Shown piece after piece: positions 20,379 through 30,479 of a DNA stretch of 64,000 bases. The notes under the pieces are model-generated. The model did no database searches. It was not told the DNA's origin and saw only the letters and a list, made by a program, of their open reading frames with translations. The position numbers and the translations under genes are program-made. This stretch comes from Alistipes sp. (GTDB lineage: Bacteria; Bacteroidota; Bacteroidia; Bacteroidales; Rikenellaceae). The stretch's first letter is position 1, and the number at the start of each line of letters is the position of its first letter. The stretch covers positions 11,334-75,333 of the forward strand of contig JAFQAN010000036.1 of assembly GCA_017416915.1 (NCBI GenBank). Reading direction: 5' to 3'.

Positions 20379-21257
20379 CTATTTACCTCCTGTGCGACGA
20401 TACTCCTTGGGCGATAGTCCCGTGGCGCGCTTGAAGTACTTGCCGAAGAATGACTGGTTGGGGAAGTTCAGCGACGCGGCAATCTGCTGTATGGTCATAT
20501 CCGACGACTGCAACATCGCGCGGGCGTCGAGTATCACGTGGCTCTCAATCCATTCGCCCGCCGAGCGTCCCGTATGCTCCTTGACGACCTTAGATAGGTA
20601 CTTGGGCGTAACGTATATACGGTCGGCATAGAAGCCTATCATACGCTCCGTGCGGTAGTGTTCGTGGACAAGCTCCAAGAAGCGCTCGACCATACTATTC
20701 TTATATGCCGTGTGCGTCGCAGGAGTCTCGTTGCAGCTGATGCCACCATAGTAGAACACGCGGATAAGGTTCTCGATAACTTGTAGGCGGAAGGGGTTGC
20801 TGCTATTTGCCGCGGCGCGGTAGAGTATGCCGAAGAAGAAGCGTGTCGCTGTCAGCTGTTCCTCGTTGAGGGGCGTGGCGGGGTTGTTATACATCGACAG
20901 ATACTTCTGCTGCCACCCTGGGATGTTTATCATATCCAAGAAGCGCTTCGACAGCGCTATGGTATATGCTTGAAAGTTGGCACTCGTCTCCATAGGCTCG
21001 ATAATCTGCCCTGGCATAAGCGTTATGAGCATAGGGCTTTCCAACTCATACTCTTGAAGGTTTACCTTTACGCGGCAGTAGCCCGAGGTGCATACCGAAA
21101 TCACCGCCTTCTCTATCTTTTTGGGTTCGAGCTGCGAGCAGTCCTCTGTCGTGTGCAACCTTATTGTAAGGTCGTCGCCAATGGTTATCTCGCTGTTTGG
21201 AATCTCGTTGTAGCTCTCTTCTATCCCCGATATAAAGAGTCTAAGTGTATTGTCCAT
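20379..21257 (-). CDS. AraC family transcriptional regulator
   Basis: C-terminal double HTH: YADRIYVTPKYLS...IAASLNFPNQSFFGKYFKRATGLSPKEYR. Confidence 0.93.
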   Translation of the reverse strand: MDNTLRLFISGIEESYNEIPNSEITIGDDLTIRLHTTEDCSQLEPKKIEKAVISVCTSGYCRVKVNLQEYELESPMLITLMPGQIIEPMETSANFQAYTIALSKRFLDMINIPGWQQKYLSMYNNPATPLNEEQLTATRFFFGILYRAAANSSNPFRLQVIENLIRVFYYGGISCNETPATHTAYKNSMVERFLELVHEHYRTERMIGFYADRIYVTPKYLSKVVKEHTGRSAGEWIESHVILDARAMLQSSDMTIQQIAASLNFPNQSFFGKYFKRATGLSPKEYRRTGGK

Positions 21258-21542
21258 ATCTCAGTTTTTTTAAGTTTTTCGGTAACTATCTTTGGGGCGA
21301 CAAAGCTATCGCCTCGAAAGTACAAGCGCAAAGTAATGTATTTTATTTTGTAGTGCAAAGCAACTGACGACATATAGAACAATAAAAAGGTTGTTTAAGG
21401 TAAAAATTCGGATAAAAAAGCTCCCTATATGCTAAAATGTTGGTCGGCGATATATGCGTGGCGGTGGTGCGTTGAGAGGGTGAAGGTGCAGAAATATTGA
21501 AAAGATGTTGCGCGAAAAGTTGTAAATTCGAGGCAAATATTT

Positions 21543-21550
21543 TATCTTTG
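21543..21550 (+). promoter_or_regulatory. -7 promoter element for murA
   Basis: tatctttg just upstream of the ATG. Confidence 0.55.
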
Positions 21551-21566
21551 ATAAAAATTTACGACT

Positions 21567-22877
21567 ATGGCATTATTCAAGGTTAAGGGTGGTTACCGTC
21601 TCAAAGGAGAGATTGTACCTCAGGGTGCTAAAAATGAGGCACTTCAAATAATATGTGCTACGCTGCTCACATCGGAGCGCGTGGTACTGCACAACGTACC
21701 TATCATCGCCGATGTTATGCAGCTGCTCGACCTGCTCTCGGCGATGGGTGTCAAGGTGGAGCGCCTGGGCGAGGATAGCTTTGCTATCACTGCCGCAGAG
21801 GTAAACCTCGACTATCTGCGTAGCGCCGACTATCACAAGCGTTGCCGCCGTCTGCGCGGCTCGGTGATGATGATAGGTCCGCTCTTGGCGCGCTATGGTG
21901 TGGGCTTTATGCCCAAGCCTGGTGGCGATAAGATTGGCCGCCGCAGGTTAGACACCCACTTTCTCGGCTTCCAGAAGCTCGGCGCGACGTTCAACTTCGA
22001 CCTCAGCGACGAGTTCTACACCGTTGAGGCTGAGCGCTTGAAGGGTACATATATGCTCCTCGACGAGGCGTCAGTAACGGGTACGGCAAATATCGTTATG
22101 GCGGCGGTGCTTGCCGAGGGTCGCACCACAATATACAATGCGGCGTGTGAGCCATACCTGCAACAGCTCTGCAAGATGCTCAACCGTATGGGCGCCCGCA
22201 TATCGGGCATCGCCTCTAACCTGCTCACCATCGACGGCGTGGAGTCGCTCGGCGGCACCGAACACACTATGCTGCCCGATATGATTGAGGTGGGTAGCTT
22301 TATCGGTATGGCGGCGATGACACGCTCGGAGCTGACCATCAAGGATGTGTCGTACGACAACCTCGGCATCATACCTCAGCAGTTTGCACGTATGGGCATA
22401 CGCTTTGAGCAGCGCGGCGACGACATCTACATCCCCGAGCAGGGCAATTACAGCATCGAGAGCTTTATCGATGGCTCTATTATGACCATCGCCGATGCTC
22501 CGTGGCCAGGACTTACGCCCGACCTGCTCTCGATATTCCTTGTGGTGGCAACACAGGCGAAGGGTTCGGTGTTGATACACCAAAAGATGTTTGAGAGCCG
22601 CCTCTTCTTTGTCGATAAGCTTATAGATATGGGTGCGCAGATTATCCTCTGCGACCCGCACCGCGCTACGGTGATAGGTCTCGACCACCGTCTGCCGCTA
22701 CGTGCTGCAAATATGACCTCGCCCGATATTCGTGCAGGCGTGGCACTGCTCATTGCGGCGATGAGTGCCGAGGGTACTTCGACAATACAGAATATAGAGC
22801 AGATAGACCGTGGCTATCGTGCGATAGATACACGTCTCAATGCGTTGGGAGCGCATATTATGCGTCTCGACGAGTAA
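21567..22877 (+). CDS. murA: UDP-N-acetylglucosamine 1-carboxyvinyltransferase
   Basis: GAKNEALQI, PGGDKIGRR (Cys-to-Asp variant), PWPGLTPDL, SPDIRAG, IDRGY. Confidence 0.96.
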   Translation: MALFKVKGGYRLKGEIVPQGAKNEALQIICATLLTSERVVLHNVPIIADVMQLLDLLSAMGVKVERLGEDSFAITAAEVNLDYLRSADYHKRCRRLRGSVMMIGPLLARYGVGFMPKPGGDKIGRRRLDTHFLGFQKLGATFNFDLSDEFYTVEAERLKGTYMLLDEASVTGTANIVMAAVLAEGRTTIYNAACEPYLQQLCKMLNRMGARISGIASNLLTIDGVESLGGTEHTMLPDMIEVGSFIGMAAMTRSELTIKDVSYDNLGIIPQQFARMGIRFEQRGDDIYIPEQGNYSIESFIDGSIMTIADAPWPGLTPDLLSIFLVVATQAKGSVLIHQKMFESRLFFVDKLIDMGAQIILCDPHRATVIGLDHRLPLRAANMTSPDIRAGVALLIAAMSAEGTSTIQNIEQIDRGYRAIDTRLNALGAHIMRLDE

Positions 22878-23128
22878 ATTTGTTGTGATAAGGGGTCATC
22901 TACTGCCGCTAACGAATTATCTCGCCAATGGGCAGTACGTTCAAGTACAGCCCATCGGCTCGAAATTCGCCGAGCGTTGTATCTGACGCCCTTCTGACAA
23001 CAAATTGCCTTGCACTGCTGAGAACGCCTGAGAAAGACTGAGAAAGACTGAGAACGCCTGTGTTTTTCAGTGGACTTAGGGTATCTCGCAGTCCCGTGGT
23101 CTCGTGGTCCCGTAGTCTCGCAGTCCTG
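22877..23128 (-). repeat. Mosaic repeat locus 4 (inverted): full hairpin 22877-23006, 10-mers, core, 8-mers
   Basis: aatttgttgtgataag...cttctgacaacaaatt; inverted core at 23056-23068. Confidence 0.92.
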
Positions 23129-23198
23129 CGGTTTTATCGCTCCTGTGGTAAGCGCGCTAAGAGCTACAACGAAACAAAAATTAAACGATATAGACAAA

Positions 23199-23777
23199 AT
23201 GTTTTTAGAGAGTAACAAGCACAAAGGTTGGATAGAGGTGGTATGCGGCTCGATGTTCTCGGGAAAGACCGAGGAGCTTATTCGCCGTATGAAGCGAGCG
23301 CAGTTTGCAAACCTCAAAGTAGAGATTTTTAAGCCGTCGATAGACGTGCGATACTCCGACGAGGATGTCGTGTCGCACGACGCTCACGCCATACACTCGA
23401 CGCCCGTGGAGTCGCCGCAGAACATCCTGCTAATGTCGTCGGATGTCGATGTGGTAGGCATCGACGAGGCACAGTTCTTCGACAACAGCATCGTCGATGT
23501 GTGTCGTCAGCTTGCCGATAGCGGCGTACGTGTAATTGTCGCAGGTCTCGATATGGACTATATGGGTGTTCCGTTTGGCCCTATGCCCGCACTGATGGCT
23601 ACTGCCGAGTACGTTACCAAGGTACACGCCATCTGCGTTCGCTGTGGCGACCTCGCACACCACTCACACCGTCTTACCGCCGATGACAAGCAGGTGCTGC
23701 TTGGCGCACAAGATACCTATCAACCAATATGTCGCCACTGCTTCAACGAGCTGATGCGAAACAAACATCAGAAGTAG
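23199..23777 (+). CDS. tdk: Thymidine kinase
   Basis: [26 protein letters not shown] and Zn-binding CVRC...CRHC. Start moved to the ATG at 23199 because the longer ORF runs through the repeat. Confidence 0.96.
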   Translation: MFLESNKHKGWIEVVCGSMFSGKTEELIRRMKRAQFANLKVEIFKPSIDVRYSDEDVVSHDAHAIHSTPVESPQNILLMSSDVDVVGIDEAQFFDNSIVDVCRQLADSGVRVIVAGLDMDYMGVPFGPMPALMATAEYVTKVHAICVRCGDLAHHSHRLTADDKQVLLGAQDTYQPICRHCFNELMRNKHQK

Positions 23778-23778
23778 T

Positions 23779-24342
23779 ATGCAGAAGGCAGTAGAGAAGG
23801 CGGTGGAGGTGCTACGTGCAGGTGGCATCATACTATACCCCACAGATACCGTGTGGGGCATCGGCTGCGACGCCACAAACGAGGAGGCGGTGCAGCGCGT
23901 ATATGCCCTAAAACAGAGCAACGACAAGCACTCGATGCTCTGCCTATGTCGTGATGCCGATATGGTGGTGCGCTACGTAAACCGCGCCCCAGGCATAGCT
24001 TTCGAGGTGATGGAACTATCCGACAAGCCCCTCACGGCGATACTCCCAGGTGCCGTTGGCGTAGCACCAAGCCTCATACCCGACACAGGAACTCTTGGTG
24101 TGCGCATCCCGCAGCACGATTTTTGTCAGGCTCTGCTACGTAAATTCGCAAAGCCCATAGTATCGACATCGGCAAACATATCGGGAGAACCCGCCGCAAA
24201 GCGCCTCTCGGAGGTGGCGCGCGAGATTATCGATGGCGTAGATTATGTTGTAAACCCCCGCTTCGAGGGCAAGCCTACGCTGAAACCAAGTGCGATAATA
24301 TCGTTTGGCGAGGGTGGCGAAGTGCAGATAATACGTAACTAA
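23779..24342 (+). CDS. tsaC: L-threonylcarbamoyladenylate synthase (YrdC/Sua5 family)
   Basis: ILYPTDTVWGIGCDA, GVRIP, STSANISG. Confidence 0.9.
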   Translation: MQKAVEKAVEVLRAGGIILYPTDTVWGIGCDATNEEAVQRVYALKQSNDKHSMLCLCRDADMVVRYVNRAPGIAFEVMELSDKPLTAILPGAVGVAPSLIPDTGTLGVRIPQHDFCQALLRKFAKPIVSTSANISGEPAAKRLSEVAREIIDGVDYVVNPRFEGKPTLKPSAIISFGEGGEVQIIRN

Positions 24343-24348
24343 ACGACT

Positions 24349-24756
24349 ATGGCAAAGCAACTTATAACACCTATACAGAAGCGTTTCTCGGATGTTGATT
24401 CGTTTATGCACGTCAATAACATCTGGCAGCAGACATACTTCGACCTCGGCAAGACGGAGTTTTACACCCGCGTACTCGGCATCACAGGCGTCTTCGACAA
24501 GCTACGCATAATAACAGCCTCGACACACACCGACTACATCGGTCAGGTGCGCCTCACGGACGACATCGTAGTAACGACCGACGTATCGCGTCTTGGCAAC
24601 AAGAGTATGACGCTCCACCAGCGGATAATGTGTGGCGAGAGGTGTCTCACGGAGAGTTCGTCGGTGATGGTGGCATTCGACTTTGAGTTGCAGCAGACCG
24701 TGCCACTGCCCGACAAGTGGCGCGAGGCACTCGCAGAGTACCTCATTGCAGAGTAA
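24349..24756 (+). CDS. Acyl-CoA thioesterase (4HBT/YbgC-like)
   Basis: RFSDVDSFMHVNN hot-dog fold motif. Confidence 0.85.
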   Translation: MAKQLITPIQKRFSDVDSFMHVNNIWQQTYFDLGKTEFYTRVLGITGVFDKLRIITASTHTDYIGQVRLTDDIVVTTDVSRLGNKSMTLHQRIMCGERCLTESSSVMVAFDFELQQTVPLPDKWREALAEYLIAE

Positions 24757-24776
24757 CACACTTCTATCTCACAACA

Positions 24777-24807
24777 AAAGCGTGCCCTGAGTGGACACGC
24801 TTTTTTT
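24777..24807. terminator. Bidirectional intrinsic terminator
   Basis: aaaagcgtg-ccctgagtgga-cacgcttttttt between convergent genes. Confidence 0.8.
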
Positions 24808-24826
24808 ACTGTTGTGGTATTTCGTA

Positions 24827-26740
24827 TTAGCCGAGAAGCGTACGCATAGCCTCTATGTTGCGGCCATTATCCACAGCCTTGCCCTCGGCGGTGTAGGCGT
24901 GCGAAATAGCCCCCTCAAAGCGCTTCTCAACCTTGTTACGCACCACCTTCATCGTGCTATTAACTAAGCCGTTCTGCTCTGTGAATGGCTCGTCGGCAAT
25001 GGCGATGACGGCGGGTACCCAGCGCTCGGGGAACTCATCGGCATAGGCGCCTCCTGGGCGGTACTTGGCGACCTCTGCGGCAACCATCTTAACAGCCTCC
25101 TTGGCGCGCTCCTCGCCCTCGATGCCGCGCTCGTCGAGTGTACGGTTGATATTCTCCTTTGACGCCACTACAAGAGCGATAGTATAGGGGTTTTGGTTGT
25201 TGTAAATCATAATCTGGTCAATCAACGGCGACTTATCGACCATAGCCTCCTCCATACCCTCGGGACTGTACTTCTCGCCGTCGCTCGATATGAGCAGGCT
25301 CTTGAAGCGTCCCAGCACGTAGAGGAAGTCATCCTTCGACATATAGCCCATATCGCCTGTGTAGAGCCAGCCGTCGCGCACCGTGTCTGCCGTAGATTCG
25401 GGGTTCTTCCAGTAGCCCGCCATAACGTTCTCGCCACGGATGACAATCTCGCCCTTCTCGCCCACGGGAAGCTCCCTGCCCTCGTCGTCCAAAATCTTGA
25501 TGTCCAAAGGCTTAACTAAGCGTCCCGACGAGCCGAAGCGGTGGTTGCGCTTCGAGGGTACGTTGGTCGAGATAACGGGGGTTGCCTCCGAGAGGCCGTA
25601 GCCCTGGAACATAGGGATACCGATAGCGTAGAAGAAGCGCTGTAACTCGCTGTCGAGCAGCGCGCCACCACCGATGAAGAAGCGCAGCTCTCCACCAAAT
25701 GCCTCGCGCACCTTGCTATACAGAATCTTGTCGAAGAGTGCCACTGCGGGTTTGAGCAGGCAGCGCCAGCCACGACCCTTCGAGTAGCCGTCCGCCTGAT
25801 AGGCATACGACGTCTTCAACGCAAGGTGGAAGAGGCGCTCCGTGGTCTTGCCCTTCTTGCGTATCGAGGTCTCGATATTCTTGCGGAAGTTCTTGGCAAG
25901 AGCGGGTACCGAGAGAAGGAAGTGGGGGCGTACCTCTTTAATATTAATAGGTATGTTTTTCAGAGTCTCCATAGGTGTACGTCCCACCTCGGTAGTGGCT
26001 ACCGACGCACCACACGCAATCATAATGTAGAAGCCTACGACGTGTGCAAAGCAGTGGTCCAAGGGTAGGATGATAAGTGTACGCCACGTTGAAGGTATCG
26101 AGATTACCGACAACGCCTGTTCGACGTTGGCGGTGTAGTTGCGGTGTGTGAGTACCACGCCCTTGGGGTCAGCGGTAGTTCCCGAGGTGTATGTTATTGT
26201 GGCGATGTCGCTGTTTTCGAGCGACTTGCCTATCGCCTCAAACTCGTCGCGGTGTGTTGCAAGCCACTCGTCGCCACGTGCCACAACACTCTCCAACGTG
26301 GTCTCGCCCTCGTGAAGGTTTGCGGCATCCTCGCCCCATACGACGATATGTTTCAGGTCGGGAAGCTCTGCTGCGATGCGGCGCACCTTGGCAAGCTGCT
26401 GGCGCGACACGAAAATCAGCTTCACGTCGGCGTGGCGCAGACGGAAGAGTAGGTCGTTAGACTCTTCGAGCTTAATCGACAGAGGCACACTCACTGCACC
26501 AGCATAGAGCAGACCCAGCTCCGAGATAATCCAATTGTTGCAGCCCTCGGCAAGGATAGAGACGCGGTCGCCACGCTCAATGCCCATAGCTACAAGTCCG
26601 CCACCGATGCGCTGTGCCATAGCCTTGGTTTCGTTATAGGTTGTAGGCTCGAACTTGCCGTTGTGCTTCTCCAACAAAAACTCTTTGGCGCCATACTTGG
26701 CCACCGACTCCTCAAAGAGGTCTATAATTGTACGTTTCAT
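24827..26740 (-). CDS. fadD: Long-chain fatty acid-CoA ligase (AMP-binding)
   Basis: YTSGTTADPKG, QGYGLSE, TGDMG, GRFKSL. Confidence 0.88.
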   Translation of the reverse strand: MKRTIIDLFEESVAKYGAKEFLLEKHNGKFEPTTYNETKAMAQRIGGGLVAMGIERGDRVSILAEGCNNWIISELGLLYAGAVSVPLSIKLEESNDLLFRLRHADVKLIFVSRQQLAKVRRIAAELPDLKHIVVWGEDAANLHEGETTLESVVARGDEWLATHRDEFEAIGKSLENSDIATITYTSGTTADPKGVVLTHRNYTANVEQALSVISIPSTWRTLIILPLDHCFAHVVGFYIMIACGASVATTEVGRTPMETLKNIPINIKEVRPHFLLSVPALAKNFRKNIETSIRKKGKTTERLFHLALKTSYAYQADGYSKGRGWRCLLKPAVALFDKILYSKVREAFGGELRFFIGGGALLDSELQRFFYAIGIPMFQGYGLSEATPVISTNVPSKRNHRFGSSGRLVKPLDIKILDDEGRELPVGEKGEIVIRGENVMAGYWKNPESTADTVRDGWLYTGDMGYMSKDDFLYVLGRFKSLLISSDGEKYSPEGMEEAMVDKSPLIDQIMIYNNQNPYTIALVVASKENINRTLDERGIEGEERAKEAVKMVAAEVAKYRPGGAYADEFPERWVPAVIAIADEPFTEQNGLVNSTMKVVRNKVEKRFEGAISHAYTAEGKAVDNGRNIEAMRTLLG

Positions 26741-26775
26741 AGTTATAGTTGTATTCTATAATGTTTTCAGAAGGA

Positions 26776-26783
26776 CAAAGGTA
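26776..26783 (-). promoter_or_regulatory. -7 promoter element for fadD
   Basis: tacctttg on the minus strand. Confidence 0.55.
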
Positions 26784-26812
26784 GGTAAAATTTTCTAAAA
26801 GAGCAATTCGCA

Positions 26813-27049
26813 GGGAATTTAGAGAATTTAGAGAGGTTAGGGAGCGCACTGCCTCGCACGACTGGGAACGACTGAGAATGCCTGGGAATGCCTGTGTTTT
26901 TCTGGGGTCCCGTGGTCTCGCAGTCTCGTGGTCTCGTGGTCCCGCAGTGCCGCCGATAAAGAGATTGGGCTGGATGGATAGTACTTGACGTACATTCCAT
27001 TCAGCCCAATGATTGAGGCGGCGCTGATGCGCCGCTATCACAACAAATT
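26813..27049. repeat. Mosaic repeat locus 5: 9-mers, inverted 10-mer/core/8-mer unit, hairpin lacking its left terminus
   Basis: Inverted core at 26890-26902; hairpin 26946-27049 ends ctatcacaacaaat. Confidence 0.88.
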
Positions 27050-27050
27050 T

Positions 27051-27584
27051 TTATTCTGCAAATATAGCCGCAAAATTAGGATCATCGGCAACCTTCATCA
27101 TCGCCTCCATCATCTCCTGCTCATACTCAGCCATGATATTGTCAGCAACCTGCTGATCTCTCTCGTCCAAAGCGTCGTACCAAGAGTTGCACTCCTCAAA
27201 AGTTGCGGCAAATGCCTCAGCATCGCCATTGTCAATGGCTTCGAGCATCTGCATAGCGTAGTTGTCAGCTATCTCGCCAGTGGTGAAGCCTCCGCAGCCG
27301 AGGTCATCCTCGTACTCCTCCTCAAACTCGCCTGCGAGCTGAGCCTCATACTCCTCGATAGCTGCATCAGCCTTAGCCTTATCCTCCTCGCTAAGACCGT
27401 TATACCAAGTCTCAATCTCGGTGAGGAGCTTCAATGCTGCCTCAGCGTCATCGCCCTCAGAAACCTTCTCCATCTGCTCGTAGTAAGCCTTTACCTGCTC
27501 CTCTACGGTAAGCTCCTTCTTCTTCTCGCCACCGCAAGCAACCAGCATTGCAGCAGCCACCATTATCGCTAAAAGTCTTTTCAT
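27051..27584 (-). CDS. Acidic lipoprotein with two copies of a ~50-aa helical domain
   Basis: Lipobox LVAC-GGEKK; internal repeat GD.EA.....E...WY..L.E.D...AD.....Y. Confidence 0.75.
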   Translation of the reverse strand: MKRLLAIMVAAAMLVACGGEKKKELTVEEQVKAYYEQMEKVSEGDDAEAALKLLTEIETWYNGLSEEDKAKADAAIEEYEAQLAGEFEEEYEDDLGCGGFTTGEIADNYAMQMLEAIDNGDAEAFAATFEECNSWYDALDERDQQVADNIMAEYEQEMMEAMMKVADDPNFAAIFAE

Positions 27585-27619
27585 AGCTTTCTGTCTATTT
27601 ATAGCTTAAAATCTATCTA

Positions 27620-27940
27620 CTACCACTCCTCCTCGTAGTCAAGGTCGCTCATCTCGCCGTCGAGTTCTCCCATCTCGTACTCCATCATCGCCTCAATTAT
27701 ACGCTCCTCATACTGCTCCATCACCTTGTCTGCCTTCTTCTGGTCAGCCTCGCTAAGTGTCTCATACCACTCGTCGCAGACCTCAACAAGCTGCTCAGCC
27801 TTCTCCATATCACCAGCCTCCACAGCTACGATGACAGCCTCAATCTTTGCCTTTGCCTGCTCCTCAACGCTCTGCTTCTTCTCGCCACCGCAAGCAACAA
27901 ACAATGCGGCAACAAACATAATAGCTAAAATCTTCTTCAT
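27620..27940 (-). CDS. Acidic lipoprotein, tandem paralogue with one copy of the same domain
   Basis: MKKILAIMFVAALFVAC-GGEKK; shares cttcttctcgccaccgcaagcaac with its neighbour. Confidence 0.75.
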   Translation of the reverse strand: MKKILAIMFVAALFVACGGEKKQSVEEQAKAKIEAVIVAVEAGDMEKAEQLVEVCDEWYETLSEADQKKADKVMEQYEERIIEAMMEYEMGELDGEMSDLDYEEEW

Positions 27941-28044
27941 AATCTTAATTTTTTTTACGGTTAATAATAGTTTCATTAGTACAAATATAGTATTTATTTT
28001 GTATCGTTGTACCTTTCACGCTAAAAAATAGTTACATTTGCACT

Positions 28045-28827
28045 ATGAAACTGACTTTCTTGGGTACTGGAACATCGCAGGGAGTGCCTGTTATAGGGTG
28101 TCGTTGCGCCGTGTGTCGCTCACACGACCCGCGCGACAGCCGTCTGCGCACCGCAGCAATGGTCGAGGTAGGGGGCAAGCGCTTTGTCATCGACGCGGGT
28201 CCCGACTTCCGACAGCAGATGCTACGTGCCGAGGTGCGACATATCGACGCCATACTGCTCACACACGAGCATAAGGACCATACGGGAGGCATCGACGATG
28301 TGCGCGCCTTCAACTTCGTGGACTACCCCACCATACACACCATGCACATCTACGCCAATGCCCCCACGTCGCGTACGCTGCTCAAAGATTTCGACTACGC
28401 CTTTGCCGAGAATAGGTATCGTGGCGTACCCGTGATTGCGCTGCACACCTTCGACGAGCAGATGCCGCTAAACATCGAGGGCATCACGATAACGCCCATT
28501 GTCGGGCAGCACTCGTCGCGCTTTCGCTCGGTGGGCTACCGCATAGGGCGCTTGGCATACCTTACGGATTTCAGCGGCATAGACGCGGCGGAGCGCCGCA
28601 AGTTGGAGGGTGTCGATACGCTGGTGGTAAATGCGCTGAGGTGGGAGCCGCACGACTCGCACTTCTCGGTGGCAGAGGCAGAGGCACTCATAAGAGAGGT
28701 AGCACCTCGCCGCGCACTGCTCACACACCTCTCGCACCGTATAGGACTCTTCGAGGAGGCGTCGAAGAGGCTCGGTCGGGGCGTGGAGCTTGCCTACGAC
28801 GGCTTAGAGATAGAGATAGACGAATAA
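28045..28827 (+). CDS. Metallo-beta-lactamase fold hydrolase (PhnP-like)
   Basis: FLGTGTSQGVP, THEHKDHTGGIDD, THLSH. Confidence 0.88.
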   Translation: MKLTFLGTGTSQGVPVIGCRCAVCRSHDPRDSRLRTAAMVEVGGKRFVIDAGPDFRQQMLRAEVRHIDAILLTHEHKDHTGGIDDVRAFNFVDYPTIHTMHIYANAPTSRTLLKDFDYAFAENRYRGVPVIALHTFDEQMPLNIEGITITPIVGQHSSRFRSVGYRIGRLAYLTDFSGIDAAERRKLEGVDTLVVNALRWEPHDSHFSVAEAEALIREVAPRRALLTHLSHRIGLFEEASKRLGRGVELAYDGLEIEIDE

Positions 28828-28838
28828 TAGATATAAGT

Positions 28839-29657
28839 ATGGGAAATTATCTTAACGGAAAAGTTGTGGTTATCACAGGAGCATCATCGGGCATCGGCGA
28901 GGCCATGTCGCGAGAGTATGCTAAGATGGGAGCAAAGGTAGTTATGGGCGCCCGCCGCGAGGAGGAGTTGCAGCGCATAGCCAACGAGATAAGGGCTGCG
29001 GGAGGCACGGTGGCGTATGCCGCTTGCGACGTGGTCAAGGAGGATGACTGCCGCCGCCTTATAGATACCGCCGTGGAGGCGTTTGGTGGCGTGGATGTGA
29101 TGATATGTAACGCAGGTCTGTCTATGCGCGCGCTGTTCGACGACTGCGACCTCAGCGTACTGCACCGCCTTATGGATGTGAACTTCTGGGGTACGGTAAA
29201 CTGCACGAAGTATGCGTTGAAGTGGTTGCAGCAGTCGAAAGGCTCGTTGGTGGGCATATCGTCGGTTGCGGGCATCCACGGTCTGCCAGGCCGCACGGGA
29301 TACTCGGCATCGAAGTACGCTATGACGGGCTTCTTGGACACTATCCGTGTCGAGAACCTCAAAAAGGGTGTCCACGTGATGACCGCCTGCCCAGGCTTCA
29401 CCGCCTCGAATGTGCGCTTCTCGGCACTCACGGCAGATGGCTCACAGCAGGGCGAGACGCCACGTAACGAGGCAAAGATGATGACCCCCGAGCAGGTGGC
29501 TCACATCGTGGCACGTGGCATACGCCGCCGCAAGCGTCTCTGCTTGATGGAGTGGGAGGGTCGCGGCACACACCTCTTAAAGAAGTTCTGCCCAGGGCTT
29601 GTCGATAAGCTCTTCTACGCCGTTATGGCAAAGGAGCCCGACTCGCCACTGAAATAG
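28839..29657 (+). CDS. Short-chain dehydrogenase/reductase
   Basis: TGASSGIG, NAG, YSASK. Start reassigned to the ATG at 28839. Confidence 0.92.
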   Translation: MGNYLNGKVVVITGASSGIGEAMSREYAKMGAKVVMGARREEELQRIANEIRAAGGTVAYAACDVVKEDDCRRLIDTAVEAFGGVDVMICNAGLSMRALFDDCDLSVLHRLMDVNFWGTVNCTKYALKWLQQSKGSLVGISSVAGIHGLPGRTGYSASKYAMTGFLDTIRVENLKKGVHVMTACPGFTASNVRFSALTADGSQQGETPRNEAKMMTPEQVAHIVARGIRRRKRLCLMEWEGRGTHLLKKFCPGLVDKLFYAVMAKEPDSPLK

Positions 29658-29669
29658 GAGAGACGATTG

Positions 29670-30124
29670 AGCGAGAGCGGCTGAGAGGCGCGCGATTGAC
29701 TGAGAAAGAGTGGGTGGCGCGCAATTGACTGAGAACGCCTGAGAAAGACTGAGAAAGACTGGGAAAGACTGAGAATGACTGGGTGGCGCGCCAACCGAGA
29801 CAACGAGACGACGGGACGACGGGACTACGGGACTACGGGACTGCGAGACTGCGAGACCACGGGACGACGAGACCACGAGACCACGAGACCACGAGACCGC
29901 AATACCCCAAAAAAACACAGTCGTTCTCAGGCATTCTCAGGCATTCTCAGTCGTGCGTGGCCGTGCGTGGCTGTACGTGGCAGCTTGGCGTCAGAGTGGT
30001 GTAGATGTGTTCTATCGCAAAAGAGAGTGCCGTGGGATAGTACTAAAACGTACAGCCCACGGCACTCTACTTTTTGGGATAGGACGCAGATGCGCCGCTA
30101 TCACGTCAAGCTATCACGCCAAGC
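29670..30124 (+). repeat. Mosaic repeat locus 6: ggcgcgc caps, inverted 10-mers, 8-mer array, core, 10-mers, full hairpin 29983-30111 and a duplicated right terminus
   Basis: Core at 29909-29922; ...ctatcacgtcaag-ctatcacgccaagc. Confidence 0.92.
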
Positions 30125-30127
30125 ACC

Positions 30128-30421
30128 TTACATTGATGCCTCAATATTCCACACAAACGCCCTCGACCCCTGCTGCTTGGTCGTCGAATCTATCTCGCGC
30201 AACGCATCCATAAGCACGGGAATCTTCTCATCCTCAACAATAGCGAGTATCGATGAGTTCATCGAGGGCCACGCGTGAGTGCCATAGTGAGGCTCTCCAT
30301 CATAGGTGCCGCGTCCCTCGGTCAGCGCCCAGCGTGTGAAGCCACGCACACCATTCTCGTCGAGCATACGGTCGATACGGTCGGTAAGCGCCTGGTTGTA
30401 TGATACAAAAAATGCTTTCAT
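30128..30421 (-). CDS. PG0541-family small transporter-associated protein (P-II-like)
   Basis: RGFTRW...GRG..GEPHYGTHAWPSMNS; last gene of the RND operon. Confidence 0.75.
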   Translation of the reverse strand: MKAFFVSYNQALTDRIDRMLDENGVRGFTRWALTEGRGTYDGEPHYGTHAWPSMNSSILAIVEDEKIPVLMDALREIDSTTKQQGSRAFVWNIEASM

Positions 30422-30479
30422 CTATATTTCGGTTTTATCGTCGGCAGAGGGCGTAACACCCCCTGCCAACGTTTGTTTA

